DNA of 62,915 nucleotides, filler included, from Candidatus Ancaeobacter aquaticus (GTDB taxonomy: Bacteria > Auribacterota > Ancaeobacteria > Ancaeobacterales > Ancaeobacteraceae), in NCBI GenBank assembly GCA_030765405.1. It is 4 parts of 4 records of this genome, joined end to end, with 100 filler letters (N's around TTAATTAATTAA, not from the genome) between each part and the next. Parts side by side here need not be neighbours in the genome. Positions count along the whole stretch, not along the records: positions 56,858 to 62,915 come from JAVCCP010000011.1; 3 more parts are not named here. One strand, written 5' to 3'. Position 1 is the first letter of the stretch; every line of letters begins with the position of its first letter. The notes beneath the pieces are model-generated. The model made no database searches. It was not told where the DNA came from and saw only the letters and a program-made list of their open reading frames with translations. Both the position numbers and the translations under genes were made by a program. Below, piece after piece: positions 60,942 through 62,915 of the stretch.

Positions 60942-62048
60942 TTACGCAATAGTCTTTTCAGTCTCACAATCAAAGAAATGAACTTTTGTCATATTAAACA
61001 CAACTTCGATCTTCTGATTCACTTCAACCTGCTCATGAGCATCCATACGTGCAATGAAAGAATGTGCGTTTGTGTTGAGATAAAGATATGTTTCAGCGCC
61101 CATCGGTTCAATTACCTCCACCATAGCGGTAAGCATGTGGTCGGGAGATGCATCCGCAACAAACAACCTGTCATAAATGTCCTCAGGCCGAATACCTAAT
61201 ACTACCCTCTTTCCTTCATAGGGGGCAAGAGCCCCAACCATTTCGTTACCAACTTTTATCTCAAAAAACTCTTCTTTAAAGAACAGTTTTCCGCTTTCTT
61301 TTTTAACAATTCTCCCCTCCATAAAATTCATTGGAGGCGTCCCGATAAAACCAGCAACAAATTTATTCACCGGTTTTTCATATAGCGCTATAGGATCACT
61401 TATCTGCTGCATCAAACCGTCTTTCATAACAACAATCCTGTCGCCCATAGTCATCGCTTCAATCTGATCATGAGTTACATATATCATCGTCGATTGCAGC
61501 TTTATATGCAGTTTTGTTATTTCAGTTCTCATCTGCACACGAAGCTTCGCATCAAGGTTAGATAACGGTTCATCAAAGAGAAACGCTTTCGGCCTTCTTA
61601 CTATTGTGCGACCTACGGCAACACGCTGTCTTTGCCCGCCTGAAAGCGCTTTCGGCCGCCTATCAAGAAGCGAAGTAATACCTAATATTTCTGCCGCCTC
61701 GCGTACACGTGCATCTATTTCAGATTTTGGATATTTGCGTAGCTGAAGACCAAACGCCATATTTCTGTATACGGTCATATGAGGATAAAGCGCATAATTC
61801 TGGAACACCATTGCGATATCCCGATCTTTTGGAGCAACATTATTTATCAGTTTGTCATCGATATGGATAGTGCCTTGGGTAATTTCTTCTAACCCGGCAA
61901 CCATCCTGAGAGTAGTAGACTTACCACATCCGGAAGGACCCACAAGAACAACAAATTCTTTGTCCTGTATTTCAAGATTAACGTTATTTACAGCACATAC
62001 ATTACCCGGATATATTTTATAGACATCTTTGAGGACTACATGTGCCAT
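60942..62048 (-). CDS. ugpC: sugar/glycerol-3-phosphate ABC transporter ATPase (UgpC/MalK/MsmK family)
   Basis: [36 protein letters not shown] and VTHDQ motifs; TOBE tail. Confidence 0.93.
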   Translation of the reverse strand: MAHVVLKDVYKIYPGNVCAVNNVNLEIQDKEFVVLVGPSGCGKSTTLRMVAGLEEITQGTIHIDDKLINNVAPKDRDIAMVFQNYALYPHMTVYRNMAFGLQLRKYPKSEIDARVREAAEILGITSLLDRRPKALSGGQRQRVAVGRTIVRRPKAFLFDEPLSNLDAKLRVQMRTEITKLHIKLQSTMIYVTHDQIEAMTMGDRIVVMKDGLMQQISDPIALYEKPVNKFVAGFIGTPPMNFMEGRIVKKESGKLFFKEEFFEIKVGNEMVGALAPYEGKRVVLGIRPEDIYDRLFVADASPDHMLTAMVEVIEPMGAETYLYLNTNAHSFIARMDAHEQVEVNQKIEVVFNMTKVHFFDCETEKTIA

Positions 62049-62107
62049 CTAAATACCTTTCATTACGGAAGTTGGTCACACACGCATGAGCGCATTATAA
62101 AGCATTA

Positions 62108-62136
62108 AGTATATGGTCAGGGTAAGCTCTTGTCAA
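62108..62136 (-). promoter_or_regulatory. sigma70-type promoter of the ABC ATPase
   Basis: Minus strand TTGACA-17 nt-TATACT. Confidence 0.65.
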
Positions 62137-62188
62137 CGTTTTTGTTATGAAAGAAAAGGTAAATCTGGAGAGGAAACTAAGCACCACA

Positions 62189-62722
62189 TTAAGTAGCTCG
62201 CGCTTGTAAAAATTCGATCTTTTTTTGCTCCATAATACGAGATACTTCATTGATCTTGCCCTGATCAACCAGTCCCTGTTTTTTCCTCATATATATTACT
62301 GAAACAGAATATCCATGCTTGTGGATATCAAGCACAGTTTCGTCTAGGAGAGCCCATCCTTTTTCAGATAATAGCGGGATAAATATAATTGATTTGACTG
62401 CAGGGTCATTTGATACATGAGATAACACAACTTCGTGCACAGCTTTACCCTCAAGATAATTAATATTACTTTTGGCGAGTTGTGTCGGCCCTCCACCTTG
62501 TACATTTTCTGAAGGCTCCTTTTTGACCACTAAAAGAGCCAGAGGGGCCAAACTTGGCAGCATATTAAGTACCGGGCCAATAAGACCAAAAACAGTACTT
62601 ATTAGCATAATAGGAAGTGATAATAGCGCCATGGGAAGACCCATAAGGGCGCAACCCTGTGTAGACAGAAATGACACGCACACTACAAGCATGAGAAGCT
62701 TTTTTAGTTTCTTTATAATCAT
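62189..62722 (-). CDS. hypothetical membrane (lipo)protein
   Basis: Basic N-terminus, hydrophobic stretch, lipobox-like TQGC and a second hydrophobic segment. Confidence 0.55.
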   Translation of the reverse strand: MIIKKLKKLLMLVVCVSFLSTQGCALMGLPMALLSLPIMLISTVFGLIGPVLNMLPSLAPLALLVVKKEPSENVQGGGPTQLAKSNINYLEGKAVHEVVLSHVSNDPAVKSIIFIPLLSEKGWALLDETVLDIHKHGYSVSVIYMRKKQGLVDQGKINEVSRIMEQKKIEFLQARAT

Positions 62723-62915
62723 AACGCTATGATTGTAAGACAATTCACAAAAAAATAACACCCAAATCTATAGAATTATAGTAACCGATGAGCAAAAGGG
62801 GGGACAATAACAAAATAAAACCCGCATAACTAAAGATAGATCTAAGATTAAAAAAGTGAGCCGAAAAGATTCTATACTTTCGGTTTGTTTTTTTATGTTG
62901 ACAGTATCAGTATAG

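Overview
This window is four concatenated contigs from a draft, AT-rich bacterial genome. They are joined by 100-nt N/TTAATTAATTAA spacers at 24696-24795, 29001-29100 and 56758-56857, so adjacency across those gaps is not real. Gene content (PEP-CTERM protein, DUF1571, DUF1844, Zn-ribbon bactofilin, rubredoxin/ferredoxin, Rex) suggests an anaerobic PVC-superphylum-like lineage; this is inference. Contig 1 (1-24695): a 1747-aa exported/anchored protein with a metallo-beta-lactamase/RNase J-like domain, preA, a small WYL ORF, DUF1571, a repeat-rich PEP-CTERM protein, three tRNAs, HU-NYN-ferredoxin-rubredoxin, a cobamide salvage cluster (cobC/U/T/S/O), rex-serC-serA with a Rex box, dusB, and the 3' end of a group II intron. 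Contig 2 (24796-29000): a kinase/receiver/CheR signalling operon. It contains a complete group II intron inserted in codon 2 of a four-helix-bundle gene, which is itself bracketed by inverted heptamer arrays. Contig 3 (29101-56757): a large serine recombinase overlapping tRNA-Gln, housekeeping genes, and the S10-spc-alpha ribosomal cluster, which lacks rplC and rpmD at their usual positions. Contig 4 (56858-62915): a partial IS transposase, two GAF-GGDEF proteins and a sugar ABC ATPase. The most promising signal is the heptamer-bracketed four-helix-bundle cassette with its apparently empty sister site and nested intron. All family calls are by motif recognition; no searches were run.
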